DNA of 64,000 nt from Eledone cirrhosa (GCA_964016885.1 OZ024740.1:217496001-217560000), one strand, 5' to 3'. Shown: positions 26,290 to 39,476, counted from the first letter of the stretch. Numbers and translations are program-made. Notes: generated by a model not told the origin, from the sequence alone.

Positions 26290-26708
26290 CTCTTACTCCA
26301 AGAATAACCTACATGGTAATTCTCGCAAACTCGCTGCTCAACTAAGGAAACCTCTTGTTGAGTCAAACAACGCCGTACGTTAAAACTATCCATAGTACAG
26401 AATACTCACAACCTCTAACTGGGGATTACCTAAAACCATAACTTTTATAGAGAAGAGAAAACGCAGGAGAGTGTGTTTACAGGTTCACATGTGAGTCCTT
26501 TACTCCGTTATTTTACTTGATATTTGCTCCTCGCGTCTTCTCTTTTCAGTCGAGCACGTTAAATTGAATAGTATAGGCTGCCATCTCTAGCGGCTAAATC
26601 CTGTTCATACCACCGGTTTCTGCCTCACGCACGTATTTCTCTTTATTCCCACGTGCTGCGAGTTAGTTTCTTTACATTTCTCTGGTAGTGGAGACAATAT
26701 CGACTTTG

Positions 26709-26785
26709 CACCTGCTGATGAGCCAAGAGTTGAGTTTGTAACCACTAGCACGGCGAAACGAATTCTTAGCGAATTTTTACAGGTG
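26709..26785 (+). ncRNA. Type I hammerhead with a full stem III, within island about 26455-26926
   Basis: cacctg-CTGATGA-GCC...GGC-GAAA-cGAATTC-ttagc-GAATTTt-TA-caggtg, one mismatch at 15.2/16.2. The island has about 24-bp inverted ends. Confidence 0.78.
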
Positions 26786-26930
26786 GTGTTTTGTTTTTGA
26801 GGCTTGTTTTTCATTTTAATTTATCCTTTTAATTATTATGTTTCTCCTAAACCTCTATTAGCTTATATTCTCTTCACGCTGGTGGTTGAAATCCTGTAAT
26901 GAAAACACACTCTCCTCCGTTTTCTCCCCC

Positions 26931-27044
<114 letters not shown>

Positions 27045-27337
27045 TTTATATATATATATAAATGAATAAAGTTAGTCCTTCATCAGTGATCTTCTAACCT
27101 TCATTGGTATTTCATCGCTTTAAAGACCATATACCTCCGGTTGGTGCGAGCAACGGCTAAAGAAAGTCGTTGGGACACGTAAATAAGGGGAACGAGCGAG
27201 ACTGTAAACAAAAAAAGATGGTAAAGCAACGAAAAGTGAGGAAGAAAGAGTCAAGTTCCATGAATATAAGTTCGGTGAAATCGTGAACGAATATATATAT
27301 ATAAATATACGTATATATAAATATATATAAATATATT

Positions 27338-27603
27338 TGTATTAGTGCTCCGACATAGTGACATACATATGAATATACGTATTAAATGCTTATGAAAAGG
27401 CCTTTCGCAATGAATATTAAGGTTGTGACGTCACATACCTAGCTTCAGCAAAAGCAGGGGGAAATAATCGACGATGCCACCGTCTCTGACTTATAAGTGG
27501 TTACTAAGATTACATATCTCTCCGCCTTTACTGAAGCTAAACTAAGCTGGATTCTTTTACAATCCTGCTTACGTTTATGAGCTAATGTCGGAGCACTAAT
27601 ACA
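27338..27603. mobile_element. MITE
   Basis: 19-bp terminal inverted repeat TGTATTAGTGCTCCGACAT / ATGTCGGAGCACTAATACA plus internal inverted TAGCTTCAG/CTGAAGCTA. Superfamily unclear. Confidence 0.7.
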
Positions 27604-27619
27604 TTGGTAAAAAAAAAAG

Positions 27620-27925
27620 ACACCCTTCGGTCACGAATGACCACGGGATGTGCCCCTAGAGAGTTCCCTCCAAGGCACAACTCCGGGCATGGTTGTTTAA
27701 GGAAGACTAGTAGTCACCCAACCATGCCAGTCTCCCCTCTCCACACCACCGATGTTGTCCAAGGGAAAGGCAAAAGCCGATACAGCTTGGCACTATTGAC
27801 AATGCAACTCATTTTTACAACTGAGTAAACTAGAACAACGTGAAATAAAGTTGCTCAAGGACACAACACATAACGCAGTCCGAGAATCGAACTCACAACC
27901 TTCCGATTGCAAGCACAACGCTTGA
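27620..27925 (-). mobile_element. tRNA-derived SINE, family B-related
   Basis: Shares head and core with 23230-23535 but has a different tail. Confidence 0.65.
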
Positions 27926-28504
27926 AATTTATGTTAGATGGATAAAAATTCATGCATTCATATTCTTAATGTACTATTACAGTACCCGTTCCATGCAAAT
28001 ACATTTATAATTCTATTTTAACAAAAACTATAAACGACGTTACTGTGGAAATACACTTTAAATTAAAGCAGAAAGAAATATTGTCCTTCCTATCAGTCCC
28101 CACTACATTAAACAATTATAGCTATAACTGTCGCAGTATTTTTATTTGTCAACTAAATGTAAATAAACTATAAGTCGTATAAGATACATAACATATTCAA
28201 CATATCTAAATACACCGTTGGATACCATTAATATAAATACACTTTGGTTTTAGACAGCAACTTTAAAAGATATGGCTCGAATGAGATGTCAATCCCACAA
28301 TTTCAATTGTGGTCACTTCGTTAAAAGAAGTTTACTGATAAAGAGGAATAATTGAGTTGGCCCTCGTAGAATAGACAGTAATGCACTCACAAGCCCATAA
28401 AATATATTCAGTTAAAATTTCATTAGATTATATATTAAATGAATAAATTCTTCAATTTAATAAGTTGCACTAAATTAAACGATTACGAGATATTGTTTCA
28501 AATT

Positions 28505-28630
28505 GTACGGTCTGAGTTCAAATCACGCCGAAGTTTACTGTGACATTCATCCTTACGGGGTCGATAAAATAAAGTACAAGTAATACACTGGGATAATTTC
28601 TGGCCTTGTGCCAAAAGTAGAAACATTTAT
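28505..28630 (+). mobile_element. SINE family A
   Basis: TCTGAGTTCAAATC...CATCCTTACGGGGTCGATAAAATAAAGTAC...GGCCTTGTGCCAAAAGTAGAAAC. Confidence 0.8.
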
Positions 28631-29007
28631 TCTAAATTGTATTAAGCTAGAGTTAGTTAGATAAGCAAGAGTCGCCACTGATATAGGTGTATTAATATTT
28701 ATTAATTATTTCTATCGTGCAATGCCAGTGCATGAATATATTTTTTAAAGTGAGGAAAGACTGTGCACTGAGCCAATCCCACTCTCTGAGCGACAGTAGC
28801 TATAACCCGAAAAGAAGAAAAGATCAACATCGTCCGTAACTGAGCCGCAGGTTTTATATCGGAGTTATCCCAGCTCCCTGAATTGCCTTCTCCTAGAAGA
28901 ATGCCCTGACAAAGGCTAGGGGTCATTCACTCCCAGTGGTTTAACCGCGCGGTACATGTGTATATACATATTTACACACTTTTGGATGGCCGTTGACTCT
29001 TATGAGT

Positions 29008-29105
29008 CATACATACATTCATACATACATACATGATGGCTGCCCCCTCGTTATCGAGTATGGCCATTGCACAATAAAAAAAAAAAAAAAAAAAAAAAAA
29101 AAATA

Positions 29106-29151
<46 letters not shown>

Positions 29152-29230
29152 GCAATAATAATAATAACGACAACAACAATAATAATATACATATTCATAT
29201 ATATATACACACACACGCACGCACATAAGC

Positions 29231-29268
<38 letters not shown>

Positions 29269-31445
29269 GATAGCAACTAACAGTGCTGCGATCGAATGTG
29301 GCTTTTTAGCCCAGCCAATGATCCAAAATGTCTTGCACAGAGTCGGCAACCAAAACATTTACTGGGAATAGTCGGCTGTGGTTGGAGTTCGTGTACTTTT
29401 GCATGTCGCTTGAGTCCTCCTGCTGATTTACATTCTCTACCACATGTTTGGCAAGCATGATGAGTAGCATCTCCAACAGCAGCCTGGTAGTCAACCACTG
29501 GTCTTACTTTATGACTGCGAAGATGACTTTCGAGTCCAGCTTTGCTTAGGCAGAGTCTCGCACAGACGCTGCATGTCAGAAACATAGGAGGACCCTCGCC
29601 GTCTGGAAGTGCAACAGCAATACCCTTCCTCACGTCCCGCTTTACTTTCTCGTGTGCGATTCGAGATGCCTCAAAGGCAACTTTTCCCTCATATACAGTC
29701 TTTCTCCATTTATTACGATCAGCAGCAATATTTTCCCATGTATCAGCAGAGATGTTAGCGTCTTTCAGAGAGGCCTTCAAGGAATCCTTATACCTCTTTT
29801 TTGGTTTATGTGGCGGTCGTTTTCCTTTAACCAACTCTCCATAGAAGAGTTGTTTTGGTATTCTAGAATCCTTCATCCTGGCAAGGTGACCACTCCAACG
29901 GAGTCGCTGCTTAAGCACAAGAGCTTCTATACTGTCACACATAGAGCTTTCCAAAATCTCGACATCACTGATGTGGTCCCTCCAGCGAACGCCATGTATC
30001 CGTCTGAGACACATCTGATGGAAACGCTCCAATTGCTTAAGGTGGCGTCGATATGTGACCCAGGTCTCGCAGGCATAAAGAAGACAAGAGAGTACACATG
30101 CCCTGTACACCTTTACCTTTGTCCTCCTGCATATGTCTCGCCGACCCCAGAGTCGCCTTTCTAGCTTTCCGAAAGCATCACTTGCTTTCCTAATCCTAAG
30201 TGAGATTTCACTGTCAAGGTTGCCGTATCGATTGACAGTGCTTCCCAGGTAGACAAACTGATCAACCACTCCAAGTCGTCTGCCATACACATAGATGTTT
30301 GGTTCAGTGTACTGCCTACCAGGTGCAGGTTGGTACATGACGACGGTTTTCTTGAGACTGACAGTCAAACCCAGGGCAGTGCAAGCGTCAGAAAATACAT
30401 TCAAAATGTGCTGCATATCACTCTCTGTGTGCGCTACAAGATCGCAATCATCTGCATACAAGAGGTCTCTTATGACTGATGTAAATACTTTTGTCTTCGC
30501 AGCAAAGCGCCTGATGTTAAATATGCTGCCTGAGGTTCGATATCGGATGTAAACACCATGCTCGCAATTCCTGAATGCAATACAGAAAACCATTGCAAAG
30601 TATATGGCAAACAGGGTCGGTGCTGGAATATCCCCCTGTTTCACTCCATTTTTTACTGAGATAGGCTCCGACATGTTACCTCCGACATTAACCCAAGCCT
30701 TCATGTCGTCATGGAAAGACCTAACTAAAGCAAGGAACTTATCAGGGCAACCAAGTTTCTGGAGAACCTTCCATAATGCATCTCTGTTGACAGTATCGAA
30801 AGCCTTTGTCAGATCGACAAAAACCTGATACAGATCCAAGCCCTGTTCAATGCACTTCTCCTGGAGCTGTCTAGCTGAGAAGATCATATCAGTAGTGCCG
30901 CGTCCAACACGAAAACCAGATTGACTTTCAGGAAGGACACAATCTGCAATGTGTGTCAGCAGACGGTCCAGAAGCACCCTACATAAAACTTTCCCCACGA
31001 CAGAAAGCAATGATATACCTCTGTAGTTCCCACAATCATTCCTGTTACCCTTTCCCTTGTACAAGACCACCATTACTGCATCTCTCCAGTCCTCAGGCAC
31101 GGATTCATTAGCCCATATCCCTCCAAACAGAGAGTGAAGATGTTGCAGGAGTCTCTCACCACCATATTGTAGGAGCTCAGCATGTATGCCATCCATACCT
31201 GGAGATCTTCCACTGTTCAGCTTCGAAATAGCCACTGCAACCTCCACAAGTGTCGGAGGCTCTGCGAGAGCTACTTTCACAGGACTTTCCGGAATGAGAT
31301 TGAGGAAATCTTCACTGACGACAGACGGCTGATTCAAAAGATCATCAAAGTGCTCCCGCCACCTTCGTAGAATTCCCTGTGAGTCACGAAGAAGTTCTTT
31401 GCCATCCTTGCTGCGAATCGGTGTCACCAGAGAAGAAGACGGTCC
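29008..31445 (-). mobile_element. RTE-clade LINE, 5'-truncated, inserted in (TACA)n
   Basis: Uninterrupted ORF; 3' end GCAATGGCCATACTCGATAACGAGG...(ATGT)n; TACA repeats on both sides. Confidence 0.92.
29277..31445 (-). CDS. RTE reverse transcriptase (endonuclease missing) with three C-terminal C2H2 zinc fingers
   Basis: NYRGISLLS, QSGFR, FVDLTKAFD, GVKQG, YADD, FVYLGS, LRWSGH, and CxxC..H..H three times. The MYVC N-terminus in the ORF track is microsatellite. Confidence 0.9.
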   Translation of the reverse strand, partial: GPSSSLVTPIRSKDGKELLRDSQGILRRWREHFDDLLNQPSVVSEDFLNLIPESPVKVALAEPPTLVEVAVAISKLNSGRSPGMDGIHAELLQYGGERLLQHLHSLFGGIWANESVPEDWRDAVMVVLYKGKGNRNDCGNYRGISLLSVVGKVLCRVLLDRLLTHIADCVLPESQSGFRVGRGTTDMIFSARQLQEKCIEQGLDLYQVFVDLTKAFDTVNRDALWKVLQKLGCPDKFLALVRSFHDDMKAWVNVGGNMSEPISVKNGVKQGDIPAPTLFAIYFAMVFCIAFRNCEHGVYIRYRTSGSIFNIRRFAAKTKVFTSVIRDLLYADDCDLVAHTESDMQHILNVFSDACTALGLTVSLKKTVVMYQPAPGRQYTEPNIYVYGRRLGVVDQFVYLGSTVNRYGNLDSEISLRIRKASDAFGKLERRLWGRRDICRRTKVKVYRACVLSCLLYACETWVTYRRHLKQLERFHQMCLRRIHGVRWRDHISDVEILESSMCDSIEALVLKQRLRWSGHLARMKDSRIPKQLFYGELVKGKRPPHKPKKRYKDSLKASLKDANISADTWENIAADRNKWRKTVYEGKVAFEASRIAHEKVKRDVRKGIAVALPDGEGPPMFLTCSVCARLCLSKAGLESHLRSHKVRPVVDYQAAVGDATHHACQTCGRECKSAGGLKRHAKVHELQPQPTIPSKCFGCRLCARHFGSLAGLKSHIRSQHC

Positions 31446-32023
31446 ATACATACATACATACATACATACATACATACATACATACATACATACATACATA
31501 CATACATACATACATACATACATACATACATACATACATACATACAAACAAAGATATTTGTCCTCTATTATATATAGCTATTAACAAGTTTCAAGTGTTT
31601 GTGGTCTACCCGTTGACTTCAGAAATTCAAATCCAAATTTCAATGTGTCATGGAAAAATATTTTACAGAAAATCTACAAGAATTGTATTGAAACCTGATT
31701 GAAGAAATTACCATTAATTCATTAACATTTTCACTAACAAAGTATATATTGTCTAGTTTGGTGTTATAAATTGTTTACAAATCATTGTTTGTAAACACAT
31801 TGATTGACATGTGCAGCAAATTACTTTCAAATATAAATAACTTGGGAATTTGTTTCCCAAGCTATTGTAATATGTCACTGGTAAAGGTGGCACCCACATC
31901 TTCAAGGATATTTCGGGGTAAATGGTGGTTTCTTAAAATGTAAAAATAAATTCAAAAGAAGTGAAAGTGAATAAATTAATGTTGTTTAATTAATTAATTC
32001 AGTTGATCACGTTGAACAGGGAT

Positions 32024-32031
32024 TATATAAA
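32024..32031 (+). promoter_or_regulatory. TATA box of copy 2
   Basis: TATATAAA at the position homologous to 4197. Confidence 0.6.
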
Positions 32032-32127
32032 GCGTTATTCTTAGACATTTTGTTAGACCTGTCCTTGTTTCGAACAAGATAACAACCATCACAAATCTAT
32101 AACAGGAAGATAAACCAACTGACCACC

Positions 32128-32188
32128 ATGTTGTACGAAATTTTAGTAGTATTAGCAGCATTTTCATTCGTAAACTGCTACACCAACT
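32128..32188 (+). CDS. Cys-repeat gene copy 2, exon 1 (MLYEILVVLAAFSFVNCYTN)
   Basis: Kozak ATG and GTAAGT donor at 32189. Confidence 0.88.
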
Positions 32189-33087
32189 GTAAGTAAATCA
32201 TATTACTATATTTTGTATATTTCTTGGTTTCTTTCTTCATATTATTATGATCTCTGAGTTACACACTCTATCGAGCAACGTTACTCCAGCCGACTGATTT
32301 TACACCTGCCAGTCGTGATACCATTTACAACCCGGCTACGCATGTAAATCTTGTTCATAAAAGTAATGAACAGGAGAGTAGGCAGTATGCACCCTCGGCG
32401 GAATCCTTCTCTCTCATTTAATGGTATCGATTTAGCACCATTTGTCCGAAAATAAATTCTCCTCTATAATCGTATAGAGACAGCAGGGAAGCAAGAAGCT
32501 GACAATCGATCCCATACTCCTGCAGAACCTTCCACAGCAGGTTTCGACTAAAATGCTGCTTTTCAAAATATATTTTGAAATAATTCTAGTCTACATTAAT
32601 GTAATCTGGACGACAACAGAAACAAGTAAATTCTCAACCACAGAAGAAACTCTAAAAATAAAAAAAAAAGGACAGACGCTGGATATCGTTCCAAAAGATA
32701 AAAAAATGAAGGGCAAATTTCAAGAGAGTAGACTTTGTAGCAGATGACATTTCGTGTTTAAAGTATAGATTCTGATTGAACATGTTTTAAAAAGATAAGT
32801 TATAACACTGGCCATCCCTTTAAATCACAAATATTTTCCTTATTGCAGTAGCTGTGAAATACATATATTTCTGGGGTTAATGGGGGTTTAATTTGATGGA
32901 ATATCAGATTTAATGAAGCCTATCACATTGCTAAGGATAGGGAACCAATAGTGAAAACAAAATAGTGAATATAGAGTGAAGAAAATCAGTTCTGTTGGAG
33001 ACCGTTTTATGGAATCAGAAGATGGTGAAGAAATAATCATATTCTATTCTAAAAAAGGGAGTCTTTAACACTGTCTCTGCTCTTAAT

Positions 33088-33150
<63 letters not shown>

Positions 33151-33730
33151 AGGTGATACGTGCACGTACACTGTTTTCTGATAGATATGTTAATACAAAG
33201 ATATTGTAATAGATTCAGGTGTCCATATGTCTGTCACATTTGTTGTAATTTACTAATGTAAGAAAATATTTTGAACTAGAAAAGGTGTTGCACTCAATAT
33301 ATAATAACAGTTTTATTTAATATGAGTTTAAAACTCATTATCTTGTGAAACGACATAATATTTTTGAGGGCCCTGATTAGGACAAGAAAAAAACATTAGA
33401 TATTTTAAAGAAAAGAGTTAAACATTTACATCGTTAAGTAGTATATCTAATTGTTATAGATACAATAAAATAATACAACATTTTATAAACAAACAGAAAT
33501 AATTATGATTGAAATCTAATTATTTTGCGAAACCCCAAAATGTTTTGAGGGACCTCACTGTGGAAAATACAGCATTAAATATTTGAAATTGTTTACATTA
33601 ATGCAAAGAGTTTAACTTTGATACTGTTAAGTATTTTTATATCTAATTGTTATAGATTCCATACAAATAGAAATATCAATGATGTATATTAAAGCTATAT
33701 ATTGAGATGATAATGTTATTCTTTTTACAG

Positions 33731-35430
33731 ATGAATGTACCCATAATGGAAGAAGGTATGAAGGTGCATTTAGCATCGACTGTAACACGTGTGTGTGTCT
33801 TGAAAGTGGACGAGCGCAGTGTTCAAATAAGATATGTGACTATGGACAACGATCAACATGTTGGTATGAAGGTAGACGTTACACAGTAGGACAGACAATC
33901 CAACAGTCATGTAATACATGTGTATGCAGAGCCAATGGTCAAATGGATTGTACAAAGAATACATGTCAGTGTACATATAAAGGACAAAATTACAATATTG
34001 GCCAGAGGTTTAATGAGGATTGCAACCAATGTGAATGTTTATCTAGTGGTATTGTACGGTGTTCTAACAAACGATGTCAATGTTTTGCCAATGGAAGAAC
34101 ATATCCAGTGGGGGCTACCTTTCAAAGGGAATGTAACACTTGCAAGTGTGACATTAACGGCAGAATAGTGTGTTCTGACAACATATGTAACTGTTTTGAA
34201 AATGGAAGATCTTACCCTATTGGTGCTACATTTAGCAAGGACTGCAATACATGCACATGTCAACAACATGGACAGGTCCGATGTACAAATAACCCGTGTC
34301 AATGTACACATAAAGGACAGGTTTATCAAGTTCGTCAAAGATTTAATGATGATTGCAACCAATGTGAATGTTTATCTAGCGGTACAGTGCAGTGTTCTAA
34401 CAAGGCATGTCAATGTTTTGAAAATGGAAGATCTTACCCCAGTGGTGCTACATTTAGCAAGGACTGCAATACATGCACATGTCAAATAGATGGTCGTATA
34501 CAGTGTACAAGCAACCCATGTACTTGCACCTATAACAATATGGCTTATAATTTCGGACAACAATTCAGGAAAGGTTGTAACACCTGCACTTGTCAACAAA
34601 ATGGACAGGTCCAATGTACAAATAACCCATGTCAATGTACATATAAAGGACAGGTTTATCAGATTCGTCAAAGATTTAACGATGATTGTAACCAATGTGA
34701 ATGTTTATCTAGTGGTACAGTGCAATGTACCAGTAACGTCTGTCAATGTACATACAACAACCAGGTCTATAATATCGGCGCTTCATTTAATCAGGACTGT
34801 AACACCTGTAGCTGTCAACAAAATCGACAAGTCCAATGTACAAATAACCCGTGTCAATGTACACATAAAGGACAGGTTTATCAAATTAATCAAAGATTTA
34901 ACGATGATTGTAACCAATGTGAATGTTTATCTAGTGGTACAGTGCAGTGCTCTAACAAGCCATGTCAATGTTTTGAAAATGGAAGATCTTACCGCATTGG
35001 TGCTACATTTAGCAAGGACTGCAATACATGCACATGTCAACAAAATGGACAGTTCCAATGTACAAATAACCCTTGTCAATGTACATACAACGGTAAACGT
35101 TATGATGTTGGTTCTATATTCTACAATGATTGCAATAAATGTCAGTGCTATGATGATGGAAGAGTCCAATGTGAACAGAAAATATGCCCCAAACCATGCG
35201 TATTCAACGGAAAAACCTATTCTGTGGGAGAATCGTTTAAAAATGACTGCAATACATGTACATGTGGTCAGTTTGGTCAAGTAGGATGTACTAACATGTA
35301 CTGTCCTAAAACATGCCAATACAACGGAAAAATCTACACAGCTGGCCAAATATTCAAGGCTCAAGATAATTGCAATACATGTCGATGTTCAGCTGGGCAA
35401 GTCAAGTGTACCAACTTAATATGTGGTCAA
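33731..35430 (+). CDS. Cys-repeat gene copy 2, exon 2: 15 repeats. Full CDS join(32128-32188,33731-35430,36364-36378) = 591 aa
   Basis: Acceptor ends at 33730, open frame, GTGAGT donor at 35431. 111 bp longer than copy 1. Confidence 0.92.
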
Positions 35431-36363
35431 GTGAGTATGGTTTTTATTACTCCTTTATTGTCTCAAATATTTACAATTCCATCTTACCTCTTATGTAATT
35501 TGTAGTCCTTTAGACACATTACACAAAGACATCATTACAATTTCCCTGTGTAATTACTGCTGTGATATAAGAAACAGGGGAACATCATCATTAGCATAGC
35601 TACCATTTAGTGAATGTTTGTTAGAGTATGACAGAGGTGATGGCATTCATTCATTGCTCCCTTGTGACCGATTAGATTAATTTTAATAATCTTTCACATA
35701 AATTGCTGCAAGTTGATGCCGGTAGGTATGACGTCAACATGGAGAAAATTCAAGAAGGCCGATATTCTCTGTAGGACAGGTAATGTGTAAAGGGTTTCTG
35801 TGGATCCTGGTGGGCAGACACATTATGAGTGATAAGAAATGGGGATACGATTGAGTTGGAATTGTCTGAGTGGAGGTGACATGAAACCAACCATCTTAGA
35901 AGCTCTATACCATTGTAGTAGCAGTATAAAGGTTAATGAAATAAGTCATTACGACAGTGATTAAGAGACTGGGGTGTGACTTTAAACCAATTAGTGAAGA
36001 ACTTTTATCTGGATGTAGAACATCATATCTCCAGTCGTATGTCAAAATAGATGGCAATGTTATAGTCACTTTTATATAACTATGAAATATATATTCTCTT
36101 TCAAAGAAATGCTTCAGTAGGAATGTTATTGGACTTACCAACATTCTGGTTAAAGGTTCAAACGTTCACTGCTGTTTCGTTTAATTTCCAACTAAGGGAG
36201 TTAATTCAACGTAACTTCGTTCCTTTATTTATCGCTAATATATATGTATATCGATATGTTAAGGAATTTTACCTATATCTAAATTGTTATATTTTGTAAG
36301 TCATTTATTTGATATTGTTTCAATATCAATAGTAATACAATATAAAACTTTATTTCATTACAG

Positions 36364-36378
36364 ACTGGATACTACTAA
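36364..36378 (+). CDS. Cys-repeat gene copy 2, terminal micro-exon (TGYY-stop)
   Basis: TTTCATTACAG|ACT GGA TAC TAC TAA, with AATAAA at 36512. Confidence 0.7.
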   Translation, partial: TGYY

Positions 36379-36583
36379 AGAACACAACAGGCTGCTTTCT
36401 GATTCGGGATAATTATGTTTCTGAATAATAATTGCAATTTCTTTTAATAATAATTGCAATTTTTGTGAATAACATTGTAAATTTTGTAAATAATAATTTA
36501 AATATCTTTTTAATAAAATAAACAAACATACAACAACAATTTATTGTTTTTCTAGATTCTTCTTCTTGTTCTTCTTATTATTA

Positions 36584-38431
36584 TTGGTCTAATCGGACGA
36601 CTTTTTGCTCGCTTCTGTAAGTCTCTTTATTTACCTGCCATAATTATTTATTGTTAAATTTTTGTTGTTGTGTAAAGGATATAAGCCCTTGGACTTTGCC
36701 CTGTCAAGGGAAATGTACAATATTTGGGCCTTTTGGCCCAAATATTCGAACCTTTTACATTTAAAAATTATCGAAAAAAAAAACATGGCTGAGCCATGCG
36801 CCCAGCGATATGTCTGCTGACGTGCGACAACGACGCAAAAGTTGAGAGGAGTGTTACGGCGAACACAGAAATTGATACAACAAACACCACCACAAACAAC
36901 GTGAACACAGACAGCAATGACAACAAGATTGAGAACACTAATTTGGAAAAAAATGACCACACAAACCACAACAGTAACAGCGACAACCAAAATACAGACA
37001 ACAGAAAAAATGACAACAAATGCAACAACAATATTAACACCACTAACATGAAAACAAATAGCGACAACACCAACAGCAATGATACAAATTGTACCGAGAA
37101 CAACAACAACGGCAGCAGCAAAGACATAACCAACTGCAAAGTGATAACAGCAACAACACCAACAACATCATTTGTAGCAACAGCAACAGCACAAACAACA
37201 AGACCAGTAGCAGCAGTAGTGGCGGCAACAATGATGCCAATGAAAAAGGGACCATCTCTTTTGCAAAGGTGGCTCGCAACGTAGAAACGGTCCTGGTCAC
37301 AGAGGAGGAGATGGCGTTCGCAAGACACATGATAACCAGAACTGAATTTTCAGTGTCCTTGATACCACCAACCGACTTCCTGGGGGAACAAGAGCGACGC
37401 ACAGTATCATACCGCACGATTGCCACGAAATCACGTCGTGTGGATAGAGTCTCGGCGGCCCAAATCCAGAAGGCCTTGGAAAATGTGTGGTCGCGGAAAA
37501 CCCACATCACCCGAGGCAAGAAATATGCTACTGTGGACCTTCTATTTGGTACCACCAAGGAAGAAAAATCAACCTACGAAGTGATGACATAATGTTAGTC
37601 CCGTTTTACTGCGGGAAAAAAATTGCAACGGTCAGGGTAGCCCAGGTTCCGCCCTACGTACCCGTGCCTTGGCTGGTCGTTACTGTTCTTGCAGGTACAG
37701 AAGTTGGGGAGAGAGGATTGGTCAGGTATTGCATCAGCGCTATTCCCGACGTTATAGACTTCTGGAATGGCTCCCAAGTTCCCATATCAGTAGAAGGCAG
37801 GTGCCCAAAGTGCTTCAACTATGGATCGAAGTCTCACCTCAAGACCTTCTGCCCAGAGAAAATAACAAAGGCGAAGTTTCCACCACCCCCTCTTCCAACG
37901 CCGGAACCCCTGCCACCAGAAACAGAGCAGTCAGCGAAAAAGTGGGGAGCTTCCACAGAGAATAGGAAGACAACGTCCGTAACACCCACACCAAAGCCAC
38001 GGACAACAAAAACAGCGGCGGCAGCTGCATCAACAGAACCAGATTCCACCACCACAAACAACAACAAAGACAAATGAGAGGGTAGAACTCAGACCCCTCC
38101 CCGACCTCTCACAGTCGGACATGGAGTCTGAGGCGGCTGAGGAGTGGAAAACGGTTGTCAAAAAACAAAAAAACAAACAAACGCAAAAACACCACAGCTT
38201 CTCCCTCCAAAAGCGAAAGCAAAAAAGAGTGGTAAAGGCTGTCAGGAGACTTGAAGCAACACCACCACCATCACCACCACATGCATCACCACCAACAACA
38301 ACAACCACACCTCCACCAACATCACCACAAACAGCAACATCGCAAACACAACAAAGCACACACACCCAACAGCAACAAAACCCCGCCTCCCCCAAACTGC
38401 CCAAACGGGATTCCTCCAATAGATCTTCGGA
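36584..38431 (+). mobile_element. L1/Tx1-like LINE 5' part (ORF1), co-duplicated with the gene
   Basis: Same insertion point and sequence as 8700-10230; knuckle CPKCFNYGSKSHLKTFC. Confidence 0.85.
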
Positions 38432-38830
38432 GTAACGTTACTCGATAGAGTGCATTTCTTGGAGATCAGAGCTTCAATCCAGGCAGAGCCGCTACTTCTC
38501 CTAATTTATCACAGCTCTGATACTATGGGCATGTGGTTACAATGTCTCAAGGAAGAATCGCTGGACAGATTTTACGAAAAAAAATCAACCGGCAGTAGAC
38601 CCAAGCAAGATAGTTGGATAACATCCAAGAGCTTGGCTGGTCACGCTTGGAGATCCAGCCGGATCAGTTGGAAACGGTTGCTTCCAACAGCACCCGCTGG
38701 AATGAGTGTTTGAGGACTCAGCCCCCACTATCCTCTTTCTTGATACTTGTACATTATTCTATGTATTAAACATGCACCTTTGATGAGTTGTGGTACACCT
38801 GAGCACTGTACACAATAATTTCATTATTAT
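38432..38830 (+). mobile_element. Old RTE-like LINE 3' fragment
   Basis: One frame reads QL*YYGHVVTMSQGRIAGQIL, then STGSRP after a frameshift; (ATT) tail. Confidence 0.55.
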
Positions 38831-38963
38831 TTTAATATTACATTCCTAACAATTTCACGTTCGAAACCCCCTTCAGGGGTGTCCGACCCTTAAAAATCAA
38901 CAAAGGTGATACCTGTGATAGTGCAGTTTGAGAGGATCTTGTGTGTGAACTTGCTGAAAGTAA

Positions 38964-38998
38964 CGGGCATGTTTTGATCTTGTTAGATCTCATCAGCG
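38964..38998 (-). ncRNA. Decayed minimal hammerhead
   Basis: cg-CTGATGA-GATCT-aaca-AGATC-AAAA-catg-CC-cg, with two core mutations (G12A, U16.1C). Confidence 0.45.
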
Positions 38999-39249
38999 AA
39001 GAATATTCACTTTGCAAATTGGCCTAATAAAGATATGGGTAAAGTGTAATATTTTGGTTAGCTAATGAAGGAGATTCTACGTGGTCTTTAAACAACTAGA
39101 AATAGCAGCTAAATTTCCTTCAATTCTCATGCTACTGTCGTAAAAAAAGACACATTATATAAGGTAGTTTTAAACACACTACTCCGCTAGGAATACCTGT
39201 GAATATCGGTCTGTTGGACCAGGGGTTGTCTTAGAGCTAAACAGTAACA

Positions 39250-39254
39250 TTAGC

Positions 39255-39292
<38 letters not shown>

Positions 39293-39319
39293 CTACTACT
39301 ACTACTACTACAACTACCA

Positions 39320-39381
<62 letters not shown>

Positions 39382-39476
39382 ACTACTACTGCTGCTGCTG
39401 CTACAACAACAACAACAACTACTACTACTACTATTACTACTACCACCATCACCACCACAGCCACCACCATCACCAC
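39250..39476. repeat. Compound trinucleotide microsatellite (CAA/CTA/CTG/CCA)
   Basis: Directly visible. Confidence 0.95.

Noticed and set aside
27065-27095. Minus-strand CTGATGA next to a TA tract
   Set aside because: Truncated, with no GAAA half.
31446-31547. (MYVC)n N-terminus on the RTE ORF
   Set aside because: (TACA)n microsatellite in frame by chance; the element is 5'-truncated.
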